The notes under the pieces were generated by a model that was given only the letters and a program-made list of their open reading frames with translations, did no database searches and was not told where the DNA came from. From IMG/VR virus record IMGVR_UViG_3300032242_002454, positions 124,001-188,000 of that record: 64,000 bases of DNA, one strand, 5' to 3'. Shown here in pieces: positions 1 to 9,727 of the stretch. The translations under genes were made by a program, and so were the position numbers. How positions within the stretch are numbered: the stretch's first letter is position 1; each line of letters starts with the position of its first letter.

Positions 1-1255
1 ACAATGTTATTAGTTGGGATTGGCAAAAACTTAAACTTACCAAAGATGAGATTGTGGGGCTGGCTAATTTTCTTAATCAGTTTGTGGAGGAAAACTAATG
101 GTAATTCAAAAAACTTGGACAGACCTTTTGGGAAAGCCTCAAGGTAATGAAAGTGTTGATGGGAAAGATATTGTGAGGGAAGTTAGTCCTCATCAATTTA
201 GAATACTGTGGTCATGCTGCACTAATAAAGAAGCTAATTGGATTTATACCTATTGGACAACTATGGAGAATAGCTAATGAAATGGAACATAGAACTTGTC
301 AAAGCAAAACACAGGTTTGAGACAGACCATTCATTAAACCAGCTATCATATTATGATACTATGTCAGATTGTTTGGTTCCTATGCTTGACGAGCCTTTGT
401 CTCCTAAATTAATTTTGCAAATGGAAGAATTTTCACAATCGGACAAGGGAATTGTATTCATGGATTATAAAACTCACAAAATAGGCTTAATAATTAATAA
501 CTGAAAAGATATACGGAGAAAACTAATGACTAGATTAAATTTGGATTTGACAACTAAACAGATCAATATTCTATTTAAGGCTTTGGAAAGTCTTGAGAAG
601 AATAATACTGTAGGAGATACTGAACTTAGTAGAGATATTGTTAAGTTGACAAGATATTTGGATAGTGTGGTGTTTGTTGAGAAATGGTATGTGGAGAATA
701 AATAATGACCTATAGTATAGTCTATGAATACGGAGAAGATCCAAATACTTCAATAAAATATATTAGAAATGAATATGGACTATTTTGCTCCAATGGTCGT
801 TTTTTAAGCAAATGGAGTAACCAAAATGGTTGGCTAGACATTACCACATTTATTGATTATACTCCTATTGAGCAAGTTGAGAGTATTACTAGAAAAATGT
901 TTGGAGAATAAATAATGGCTGGACTAGTATTGTTCGGTATATTAGGATATATGGCTTGTATACGAATTTATGATTGGTGGAATGGATATGGGGATTTATT
1001 TTAATGACTAAATCTGAATATAAGGCTTACCACTTTAAAGTTATCCAGTACATTTATGCAGAATATAGGGATTTTCATTTTAATAAGATGAAAAATGGAT
1101 CATTATTGATTCAATTAAATCCAATCGATAAACACCTATTTCATTTACTAATTAAAAATCTATACAATCCTAAAGATAGTATTAATAATATTGCTGGTAA
1201 TGTAATGGAAGAGATGTATCAACATTTATGGGGAATTTCTAAGATAAGGTCTTGA
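1..1255 (+). other. Run of small hypothetical early-type ORFs (277..504, 705..911, 1004..1255 and sub-60-aa ORFs between them)
   Basis: Tightly packed + strand ORFs with GGAG-type RBS and TAATG stop/start overlaps; no recognisable motifs. Confidence 0.7.
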
Positions 1256-1280
1256 CAACATCCGATAAGAATGGTATGCT
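1252..1280 (+). promoter_or_regulatory. sigma70-type promoter (class I)
   Basis: TTGACA-17-TATGCT, spacer contains CCGATA. Confidence 0.8.
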
Positions 1281-1300
1281 TACTGGCAAAGAGATAACTA

Positions 1301-1489
1301 ATGACTCTGCTAAGAACTCTGAATCTTGAATATGATACTATCGAGATTCATTATAATGAGCTTTTGAAAAATAAACCTTACTTGGTGAGGGTTTTCTCAT
1401 ATAATAATACTGATCCCAGCGAACTACGTCTGGACGAAAAAGAAGTAAAAAATCTATATCAAACCCTTAAAGAACATGAGCTATTATGA
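1301..1489 (+). CDS. hypothetical protein
   Basis: ORF directly after promoter. Confidence 0.7.
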   Translation: MTLLRTLNLEYDTIEIHYNELLKNKPYLVRVFSYNNTDPSELRLDEKEVKNLYQTLKEHELL

Positions 1490-1824
1490 AACCCATAATT
1501 CTAACGGATGAACAAGTGGCATCAATGCTGACTAGGGCATTTTACGAGGGTTTTAACTTCACTTGTGAAGGATTTAACGGAGAATGTGCATTTGACCATT
1601 TAGCCCCAGATGGATTGACGCTTGAGGAAAAGTCAGCTATTACCGTCAGAGAGATACTGTCAGATCATGATGCTAAACTAATGACTAAACCCATAATTTT
1701 AACGGATAAGGAAATTGAAGCAATTAAATGGTGTGTGGAGCAGTGGACGGGTATTAAACGAGCCGAAACTCTCCGTAATCTATTAGAAAGAATAAAGGAT
1801 AATGAAAACTTTAGTAGTAATTGA
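1486..1824 (+). CDS. hypothetical protein with shared LTDKEIEAI...TLRNLLER module
   Basis: KPIILTD occurs twice; C-terminal module shared with 2504..2734 and 3136..3492. Confidence 0.75.
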   Translation: MKPIILTDEQVASMLTRAFYEGFNFTCEGFNGECAFDHLAPDGLTLEEKSAITVREILSDHDAKLMTKPIILTDKEIEAIKWCVEQWTGIKRAETLRNLLERIKDNENFSSN

Positions 1825-2504
1825 AGTTGAAAACGAAATCGGCAACCCTTCTGCTCAAGATATAGAATTTTTTGTTAAACAAATCATAGAAAAAGGACTT
1901 GTTGGGAATTTTGACATACACAAGTATTGCCCAATGAGTGGTATATCGCTAAGAGTTTTAATAGCACTTCAAGCTGATAAAGATAGACTAAAGGGTCTTG
2001 CCGATTTTATCTATAAGTATTTGGTGAATAAATAATGAATAACCTACCAGAAATAGACAAAATATCAGTAATGAATCTGAAACCAGACGATATACTAGTT
2101 TTTAGTACCTATGATAAAATAGCTAGTAGTGTTTATTCAAGAATAGACCAAAAAATAACCGATTGGAAAGCCCAAAACAATATAAAAAACAAACATTTGA
2201 TACTAACTTCTCTAAAACTAGAAGTATTGTCAAAAGAACAAGTTGAAGGAGAAAAGAAATGACTGAACCTCTTAATGTTGGTCAAGAATTTATCAAAAGA
2301 CTCCGAAAATATAATGAGGGTACGATTCCTATTATGGGAGATATAGTAGGAATTGATGAATGGCGTAATGTTGCTATGAAAATTGGAGAAAAACTATCTT
2401 CAACAGGCCCGGATGATTACTATAATTTTACTCCACAACAATGGTTTGAGTGGGCAGATTCTCAGATAAATTCAAGATGGATTCCAAAAAGAAACAAAGG
2501 ATAA
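1802..2504 (+). other. three hypothetical ORFs (1802..2035, 2035..2262, 2259..2504)
   Basis: Overlapping start/stop coupling on + strand. Confidence 0.7.
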
Positions 2505-2734
2505 TGATGAATAAAAAATACGCCGTAACAGAGGGTGACACTCTGGCAAACATCCGAACTACAGATTCTTATCGTGAAATGCCAAATGGTCCGCCGCCTT
2601 CTTTATCTAAAAATGCAGAGATTAAGAGTTTGAAACTTACGGATAAAGAAATTGAGGCGATTGAGTGGTACGCAAATTTTCACGACGGGATACATCGTGA
2701 CACACTCCGCAATCTATTAGAAAGAACAAAGTAG
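2504..2734 (+). CDS. hypothetical protein with shared C-terminal module
   Basis: Ends LKLTDKEIEAIEW...DTLRNLLERTK; probable start ATG 2504 overlapping the upstream stop. Confidence 0.7.
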   Translation: MMNKKYAVTEGDTLANIRTTDSYREMPNGPPPSLSKNAEIKSLKLTDKEIEAIEWYANFHDGIHRDTLRNLLERTK

Positions 2735-2772
2735 ACCCAATGCTTACGGAACAGTTTCATTCAAGTTTGGTC

Positions 2773-2801
2773 TTGACAAGTGCCGATAAGTATGGTATAC
2801 T
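2773..2801 (+). promoter_or_regulatory. sigma70-type promoter (class I)
   Basis: TTGACA-17-TATACT, spacer GCCGATA. Confidence 0.85.
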
Positions 2802-2868
2802 AGATCAAATCTTAGAGATTTGATTGTATCAAAAAAATCAACAACGATAAATTGAGAGGAAAAAAAAT

Positions 2869-3129
2869 ATGTTCTCGCATAATGAAGCTAAAAACCTTAT
2901 TGTTAAAACTGTTGAAAATCTTCAAGGTTGCAAAGCTACTGAACTTGCAGCTAATCCCAAAATTGCAATTGAGGTTAGCAATCTTAATGAGCTTATTGAT
3001 GAGCTAATCCAAGAAGGAGATATAGTCGCCATAGAGTATGTTATCCCAAACCTGCCAGATAGAATTAAGATTTATTTGTTTCCACGAGGAACAAATTTTA
3101 AAAACTCAAAATCAGATTCAAAAATTTGA
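2869..3129 (+). CDS. hypothetical small protein, possibly winged-helix-like
   Basis: Pattern 'KATELA...LNELIDELIQEGDIV' suggests a wHTH; not confirmed. Confidence 0.5.
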   Translation: MFSHNEAKNLIVKTVENLQGCKATELAANPKIAIEVSNLNELIDELIQEGDIVAIEYVIPNLPDRIKIYLFPRGTNFKNSKSDSKI

Positions 3130-3135
3130 AGATAA

Positions 3136-3492
3136 ATGATGCACAAACACAGTATCTCTGCAATTAATACATTTGTTATTGAACCAATTGAAAACATTAC
3201 TATTTCATCCAATGAGATAGCTGGTGAAGGATATATTTTTACCATTAAGAATGGTTCATTTAATGAAAGTGTAACTTTTGGCTTAGATATAGAAGAAATA
3301 AAAACTTTTATTCATTATCTCAATAGTCTTATGCAAAAAATAACACCATCTAATAGTCTAGAAATTCTAACTTTGACAATTGACGAAAGACGAGCTATAG
3401 AGTATGCTAAAAAATGGGCATTAACGCTTCGTGATGGTGGTGTTATAGCAAAAACTCTTCAATCTTTATTAGAAAGAACAAAGGATAAATAA
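3136..3492 (+). CDS. hypothetical protein with shared C-terminal module
   Basis: Ends LTLTIDERRAIEY...KTLQSLLERTKDK. Confidence 0.75.
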   Translation: MMHKHSISAINTFVIEPIENITISSNEIAGEGYIFTIKNGSFNESVTFGLDIEEIKTFIHYLNSLMQKITPSNSLEILTLTIDERRAIEYAKKWALTLRDGGVIAKTLQSLLERTKDK

Positions 3493-4477
3493 TGGAAATT
3501 CAAAATAAGAAAGAGATTACTCTAAGTGTTAAAGATGTTCAAGATATTATTTTTGATCATTTAACAAGACAATATAGGCTTGATGGGGATTTTAATTTTG
3601 ACTTTGTTGTTATCAATAAACCATACCCATGCGGAATTCACGATGCTTGTGATCGTTATGAATTTGATGGGGTAAAGATTGTGGTGACTCATGAGTAAAT
3701 TTCTAGACAATCAAAAAGCACAAGATATGACTGTGACTCTAATACTTTTTGGAGTAGTGATAGTTCTCACAGCTTTTTCAATGTTTATTCTTAATCCTAT
3801 TCATAAAAAGAATATAGAAAAGCTAAAAAACAAACCAATAGACAGACAGAAGATTATTATTGACAATATTGCTGGTACTGTAGAAAGTATTCATCCTTGG
3901 GGACGCACAGAAGTTGTTCCTATAAATGGGATAGAATTAGAATACTTTGAATATTGTGATCAGTGGGTTATGTACGGAGATGTAGTTCAACCAATTGGTC
4001 GTAAAGGTTATTTTATGCCGGTCATGAGAGGCAGACTAAATCTTGACGTTAAAGATTTTACCCAAACATGGATTGAATATGGTGGTTACGAAACTGGTTC
4101 CTTAGAAAAACCAGAAACCTATGAGGACTTTAGATTAGCCCACATAAAAGTAAAACTAGGGGAAATTACCAAAGTAGAATATACTCACTACAGACTATTA
4201 CCAAATAATATTTGGAGTATAATCTCTTCGTGGGAGTCAAAATCTAATGAAACCAATTGAAGTTGGATTTGATGGAAGTTTTGATATAACTTCTGGTCAT
4301 GTAGGGCCACTAAAGATAAGACTAACTAGAAGTGGTTCAAATCCTAAAGATTGGATAAACCCACCTATTGACAACACATTCATCTGGTTGTATACTGACA
4401 AGGACAACCCAGAGTTGTTATACAAGAATAAAGATGGTAAACTTTATAGCGTCAATTTTGAACCTTTTGGGGAATAA
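3492..4477 (+). other. three hypothetical ORFs (3492..3698; 3691..4260 with an N-terminal TM helix; 4247..4477)
   Basis: Coupled ORFs; hydrophobic stretch VTLILFGVVIVLTAFSMFIL. Confidence 0.7.
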
Positions 4478-4480
4478 TTC

Positions 4481-4861
4481 GTGATCGGTTTAAATATACG
4501 GTCGCCTTGGTCTACCCTTTTAATTAATGGTCAGAAAACGGTCGAAACCCGCTCCTATCGACTTCCCACAAGATTAGAGGGAGTTGAGTTGGCACTTATT
4601 GAAACTCCGGGGAAATCGGCTAAGTTTAAGAGTAGAATTATCGGAACAATTACTTTTAGTGATTGTATTCAGTATTCCTCTAAAGAACAGTGGGAATCTG
4701 ATGAGAGTAGACATAAGGTGAGTATTGAGGATAGGACTTATGGTTGGAAAGATAAGCCTAAGTTTGGATGGATCGTACAATCAGTCAAAAAATTTAAAAA
4801 TCCCATTGACCCTCCTGCTAAACGTGGTATAATTTACGCTAGAGATTGTAACATTTCTTAG
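4481..4861 (+). CDS. ASCH-domain protein
   Basis: GLNIRSPWSTLLINGQKTVETR matches the ASCH (PUA-like) GxKxxExR motif. Confidence 0.85.
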   Translation: MIGLNIRSPWSTLLINGQKTVETRSYRLPTRLEGVELALIETPGKSAKFKSRIIGTITFSDCIQYSSKEQWESDESRHKVSIEDRTYGWKDKPKFGWIVQSVKKFKNPIDPPAKRGIIYARDCNIS

Positions 4862-4871
4862 GAGAAATAAA

Positions 4872-5489
4872 ATGGATAACTATAATCAAGACTTTATGAT
4901 TTCAGCTAATAAATGTGCTAAATTCATATATAATGATCCTATTCAAAAAGAATCATATGAATCCCATATTCATCTTGGACACAATCCAAGAGATCATATT
5001 TATTTTGATGCTGCCTATGTATTAAACAAAGATGATGAACTGGATATTGACATTAACTATTATCAAGAAATCACTAATAGCTAGGAGTTTAAATGAGTTG
5101 GGTTTTTATTGTGGCTAGAGGATCAACAGTTGAAAGAGTTAAAGTCTTTAATGACTATTTTGCAGGCGAGGCTTATACTAGCGAATATCTTAGGATAGAA
5201 TTTGGGGTCAATGAAGTTGATTTCCCAGAATATCGTAAGGGGGAATATTATCAAAATGCTGATTCTGGAGTAAGTGTGGGTCTTTATAAGGATAACTCCT
5301 AAAATGGAAAAGTTAATTAATCTGTTCCCTCTTTTCCTCATTATTTTTGTTGTAACATTTTTATCTTATCAATCTGAATACAAGTCAGAAAAATGTGAAG
5401 TAAGAATTAGACAGGATAAGTCGGTATGTTTTTGTAATGGATTAAGCGTTCAATCAGAGAAACAATGTCCTACCATGAATGATTTGTAA
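4872..5489 (+). other. hypothetical ORFs (4872..5084, 5093..5302, small membrane protein ending at 5489)
   Basis: ORF track, RBS-preceded. Confidence 0.65.
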
Positions 5490-5497
5490 AGTGCCTG

Positions 5498-5525
5498 TTG
5501 ACAAACGCCGATAACGTAGTATACT
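5498..5525 (+). promoter_or_regulatory. sigma70-type promoter (class I)
   Basis: TTGACA-16-TATACT, spacer GCCGATA. Confidence 0.8.
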
Positions 5526-5549
5526 TAGGGCATCCTTTGGAGAAACTTT

Positions 5550-5714
5550 ATGAGTCCAACAGTTCAACAAAAAGTTCAAGATTTAATTGATAAGTATTTC
5601 ATTGGTCAGAACAACTATGAATTGTCTATCAAACAAGACAACCTAGATAAATTCTTGTCAGAATACAACAAGATTATTATTACTCGTACTGTGGAAGTTT
5701 GCGGTCTACACTAA
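5550..5714 (+). CDS. small hypothetical protein (54 aa, below track cutoff)
   Basis: GGAG RBS, MSPTVQQKVQDLIDKY...VCGLH*. Confidence 0.65.
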   Translation: MSPTVQQKVQDLIDKYFIGQNNYELSIKQDNLDKFLSEYNKIIITRTVEVCGLH

Positions 5715-5728
5715 TTATTGGAGAAAAT

Positions 5729-6046
5729 ATGACAGTTCAAGAATTGCGTAATTGCGGATATAAGGTTAGGGTTCTTCATAATCGTCTTTACAATGGCTAT
5801 TATAAATGGCAAGTAGGCAGCAAGCCTGCGGAGGGTTATGGCTATGGGCCTATTGATCCAGATACTAAAGGTGGTTCAACTCAAATTATAATTGATAGTC
5901 CTCATGGCAGTCACTATGAGGGACTAGCTATTTGCAGTAAGAAAGAGAACTATAATAAGAAATTGGGCGTTAGAATTGCTCTTGGACGATGTAATGTCAA
6001 CCAAACTTTTTATACCCAATATTCTCAAATAAAGGAAGAAAAATGA
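5729..6046 (+). CDS. hypothetical phage protein
   Basis: AICSKKENYNKKLGVRIALGR resembles a common phage 'CS.KD.FNKK.G..IA..R' family. Confidence 0.6.
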   Translation: MTVQELRNCGYKVRVLHNRLYNGYYKWQVGSKPAEGYGYGPIDPDTKGGSTQIIIDSPHGSHYEGLAICSKKENYNKKLGVRIALGRCNVNQTFYTQYSQIKEEK

Positions 6047-6207
6047 GCAACGATCAGAAGATTATAGATATTAAAGATCTTTGTGAATCTATTTTGTCTC
6101 AATGGGGAGTAACTCCATCAGATAATGATGATCTTTATGGTAATGGTCAAACAGTAGGAAGATCAGTATTAGCACAAACTATTCTGGAGATTATTAATAA
6201 TGGCTAA
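6043..6207 (+). CDS. small hypothetical protein (54 aa), paralog of 7473..7655
   Basis: MSNDQKIIDIKDLCESI...DLYGNGQTVGRSVLAQTILEII. Confidence 0.65.
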   Translation: MSNDQKIIDIKDLCESILSQWGVTPSDNDDLYGNGQTVGRSVLAQTILEIINNG

Positions 6208-6729
6208 GAGTTTTGAAGATTTGATGAAAAAAACTTGTTCCAAAGATGTTATCATTGATGGATATAGAAGAACTATGAATTACTTATCTGAATATATTGG
6301 TATGCCCGATCTATTTAAAAGTAGCGATATAATTCTTCCTGCTGGTTTTAGCCCAAAGAAAACTACAAAGTTTTTCCAACCCTGTATTACTATTACAAAA
6401 ACAACCACACATTTTAGTCCACCCAAAAGGCGTGATCCTTCACGACGTTGGAAATGAGAACATTTAAAGAAGAAGTAAGAAAAGTCCTTGATGATATAAA
6501 TTGTGATGTTTGTGGGAAAAGTACAACCAACTATAAAGAAGTTGGGCCAGACTTTGCTACTCTTGAATCATATTGGGGATATGGTTCAACTAATGATGGA
6601 TCAAAATACGAGATTCATATTTGTGAAAATTGTTTTGATGAGACACTAGATTTCCTAAAACAAAAAAGAAAGAGCATCTTGGGGCCGTTCAGTTATCCTT
6701 TCGATAATGACCCTTTGGATGGAGTATGA
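6200..6729 (+). other. two hypothetical ORFs (6200..6457; 6448..6729 with CDVC/CENC zinc-binding pairs)
   Basis: ORF track; CxxC pairs. Confidence 0.65.
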
Positions 6730-7337
6730 ATAATAGTATTACTCTCATTGGTGATGTTCATGGTAAATATAAACATTATCATGAAATAATTAGAGAAAAA
6801 GATCGTCATCCATATACTATTCAGTTGGGTGATTTTGGTTTTAATTACGAAACATTAAAGAATGTAGACCCTACTAAACATAAAATTATTGGAGGTAATC
6901 ATGACAATTACAGTAGCATTAATGATAGCCCTAATTACCTTGGTAATTGTGGGTACTCATGTTTGAATGGTGTTAAATTTTTCTATTATAGAGGTGCTTA
7001 TAGCATTGATCGTGCAAATAGAACCATAGGTATAGACTGGTGGGAAGATGAACAGGTTACTATTGATCAATTTATGAAAGCTAGAGAGCTTTATAGAGAA
7101 GTAAAACCAGACATTGTTTTAACTCATGATTGTCCAGATGAAGTTAGCTTGAGAATACTAGATAGAAATCAAAGAAAATATGAGAACCTAACAGGATGGG
7201 CTTTGCAAGAGCTATTTAATATTCATCAACCTAAAATATGGCGATTTGGTCATTATCATAAGAGTTGGAACTTAAATATAAGTGGTACAGACTTTAAATG
7301 TTTAAACGAGTTGGAAACTGAGCTATTGACAGTTTAG
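6726..7337 (+). CDS. calcineurin-like metallophosphoesterase
   Basis: GDVHG, GDFG, GGNHD, THDCP, FGHYH motifs. Confidence 0.9.
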   Translation: MNNSITLIGDVHGKYKHYHEIIREKDRHPYTIQLGDFGFNYETLKNVDPTKHKIIGGNHDNYSSINDSPNYLGNCGYSCLNGVKFFYYRGAYSIDRANRTIGIDWWEDEQVTIDQFMKARELYREVKPDIVLTHDCPDEVSLRILDRNQRKYENLTGWALQELFNIHQPKIWRFGHYHKSWNLNISGTDFKCLNELETELLTV

Positions 7338-7354
7338 TTCTGACGAGGTATAAT
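7326..7354 (+). promoter_or_regulatory. sigma70-type promoter
   Basis: Perfect TTGACA-17-TATAAT. Confidence 0.85.
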
Positions 7355-7472
7355 AAACTTGTTGATGCCTCAATGGTAGGGATCGCGGGTATTCCCACAA
7401 TCAACTTCCGTAGATTTTTGGTATAGTTTTTTGTAAGACTAAAAACGATATTCTATTACTAGAAACTTTTAT

Positions 7473-8576
7473 ATGAATGAAATAGAAAAAGCTAATATAC
7501 TTGAAATCATAAAGTTATGTAATCGAAAGATTAAAGAACAAAAAGATCATGAGTCTACTTCTGGATATGGAGAAGATTATAATGATGGTAGGATTGTTGG
7601 TGGTGCGGCATTAGCAAGAAGAATTCTGACTATATTAAAATATGTTGAACTTTGATTATGACTGAATTACCAGATAGTAAAATTCCTTGGTGGGATAATC
7701 ATTACGAAGATATTTATAGTGAAGAAATAGAAGATGGATATCCTTATGATATGGGAACTAAAGTACAGGAATAAATTATGAACGAGTCAGTTAATCAAGC
7801 TATTTGTGATTTCTATAATAGCGTTTGGAATTACATGAAACAGGAATATAAACCAAAGTGGGCAAGAATGTATAATGCTCAAAAGACTTTGGATGAAATG
7901 ATTCAGATTACTGGGCAATATTATCTTGGTGGTAATACTGTTCCTAATACTGCTGGGGATATTATAGCCTTTTTGAAAAAGAAAAAGCAATGAGTTATTC
8001 TGAGTTTAGAAATAAAATTGATAATGACTTAAAGAAATATCAACTACGATATGGTCAAACTGTTATGAATTGTTTGGCTGAAGTTTGGCCTAAAAAACAT
8101 AAAGAGTTTGTTGCCACAGACCTTGATTGTTTTTATAATGACAAGAAGGCAGATAGACTATTGAATCATTTAGAAAAGATATGGGAACATGAATCAGACT
8201 GATAAAAATAATCCTTTCTTTGATATTGATACTTATATCAATCATCTAGAAAAAACAATAGAAGAGCAAAAGAAAAAGATAGAATCTCTTGAAATTCAAA
8301 TTGCTAGTTTGAATGTAGAATATTTATTAGATAGATAACTTAATGGAGAATTAAATCATGAAAGATAAGTTAGAAGTTTTTAGTATTGGAACTGATATTA
8401 AGTTGGCCGAAGATGTTTTTGGTAAAGTTACTGGAATCAATATTCGTGGAAATAATTCAGTTTCTTATGAGGTTGGTTGGTGGAATGGACGAAGTTATGA
8501 TTGCAAGTATTTTGCAGATCATGAGCTTGAGTCCACATTATCTACAACTAAGCAAAAAATTGGTTTTTCCTCATGA
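7473..8576 (+). other. hypothetical ORFs (7473..7655, 7778..7993, 7990..8202, 8358..8576 and shorter ones between)
   Basis: ORF track, coupled. Confidence 0.7.
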
Positions 8577-8664
8577 TTCGGTCATGGATGGTCGATATAT
8601 TGATAGTGATTGGTTTCTTTGCTATTGGTTATTTTATAGGAATATTATCTCAAGGAGGAGTTTT

Positions 8665-8979
8665 ATGAAGAAGATTGTAGTTTTGATGATGGCTCTTTGT
8701 GCTTGTTCAGTTTCTTATGGTAAGCCACCCAAGACTTACTCATATACTAGTAATTATTCAGCTAATACTGCTCAGAGTGTAGCTGATATTATGGCTAGTA
8801 GAAACTCTGTGGGACATTTCCTTCCAGTAACTTCAGGCTATGAAGGTTGTGGAAGCGGATCAACACAGCAACAGGCATATAATAATTGTTGTTATGCAAA
8901 TAGTAGACTGCAAACTGTCGATGTTGGTTATGCTCAGGGAGCAAATGGCAAGTGGTTTTGTTGCCGTAGGTATCGTTGA
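8665..8979 (+). CDS. secreted Cys-rich small protein (CAP/SCP-like)
   Basis: AGGAGG RBS before ATG 8665; signal peptide MKKIVVLMMALCACSVSYG; NNCCY...GANGKWFCCRRYR. Confidence 0.7.
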   Translation: MKKIVVLMMALCACSVSYGKPPKTYSYTSNYSANTAQSVADIMASRNSVGHFLPVTSGYEGCGSGSTQQQAYNNCCYANSRLQTVDVGYAQGANGKWFCCRRYR

Positions 8980-9031
8980 GATTAGTGTATTAATTAGTAC
9001 ATATTAATGACCAATTAAATAGGAACATACT

Positions 9032-9727
9032 ATGTACGATGCTGTTGTTATTAGTGATTTACATATTTCATCCAATATTTCACAGACCAGACAAATACTG
9101 CATTTTTTGCACAAAATCTACCAGAATGAAATTAAGACTAAATCACTCATCATAAATGGCGATCTATTTGATAATTTAGATTTTCGTAGACTAAAGAATG
9201 GACATTGGAAAGTTTTAGCATACATTAGAAAAATCTCTAACAAGACTAAGGTTATATACATTTCTGGTAATCATGATGGGCCAGCTAATATTATATCTCA
9301 TATTCTTGGTGCTAACTTTGTAGAGGAATATACTTTTTTTAGTGGACATAATAAAGTAGTAATACTTCATGGAGATAGATTTGATAATTTTATCAGTAAA
9401 CATCCTAGACTTACCAAACTAGCTGATAATATCTACAGAATGATACAAAGAATAGACCCAAGTTTTTATTGGGCCAGACTATTGAAACGTAGCAGTAAAA
9501 TCTTTTTAAGATGTTCTAATCAAATCAAAGACAGAGCAAAACAATATGCTAAATCCATCGGTGCTAATATTATTATTTGCTCTCATACCCATCACGCCTT
9601 GACAGATAAGTCTGATATGGTACACTATATCAACAGCGGTTCGTGGACAGAAAATCCTTGTCACTATGTATTAATAAAAAATGGTCGTGCAAAACTCAAA
9701 GAATTTGAATCCCCCATCACTGGCTGA
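9032..9727 (+). CDS. UDP-2,3-diacylglucosamine hydrolase (LpxH)-like metallophosphoesterase
   Basis: SDLH, NGDLFD, GNHD, LHGDRFD, SHTH, NSGSW motifs. Confidence 0.8.
   Translation: MYDAVVISDLHISSNISQTRQILHFLHKIYQNEIKTKSLIINGDLFDNLDFRRLKNGHWKVLAYIRKISNKTKVIYISGNHDGPANIISHILGANFVEEYTFFSGHNKVVILHGDRFDNFISKHPRLTKLADNIYRMIQRIDPSFYWARLLKRSSKIFLRCSNQIKDRAKQYAKSIGANIIICSHTHHALTDKSDMVHYINSGSWTENPCHYVLIKNGRAKLKEFESPITG

Noticed and set aside
8386-8664. N-terminal 93 aa of the 197-aa track ORF
   Set aside because: Overlaps gene 8358..8576 in another frame; the strong AGGAGG RBS and signal peptide indicate a start at 8665
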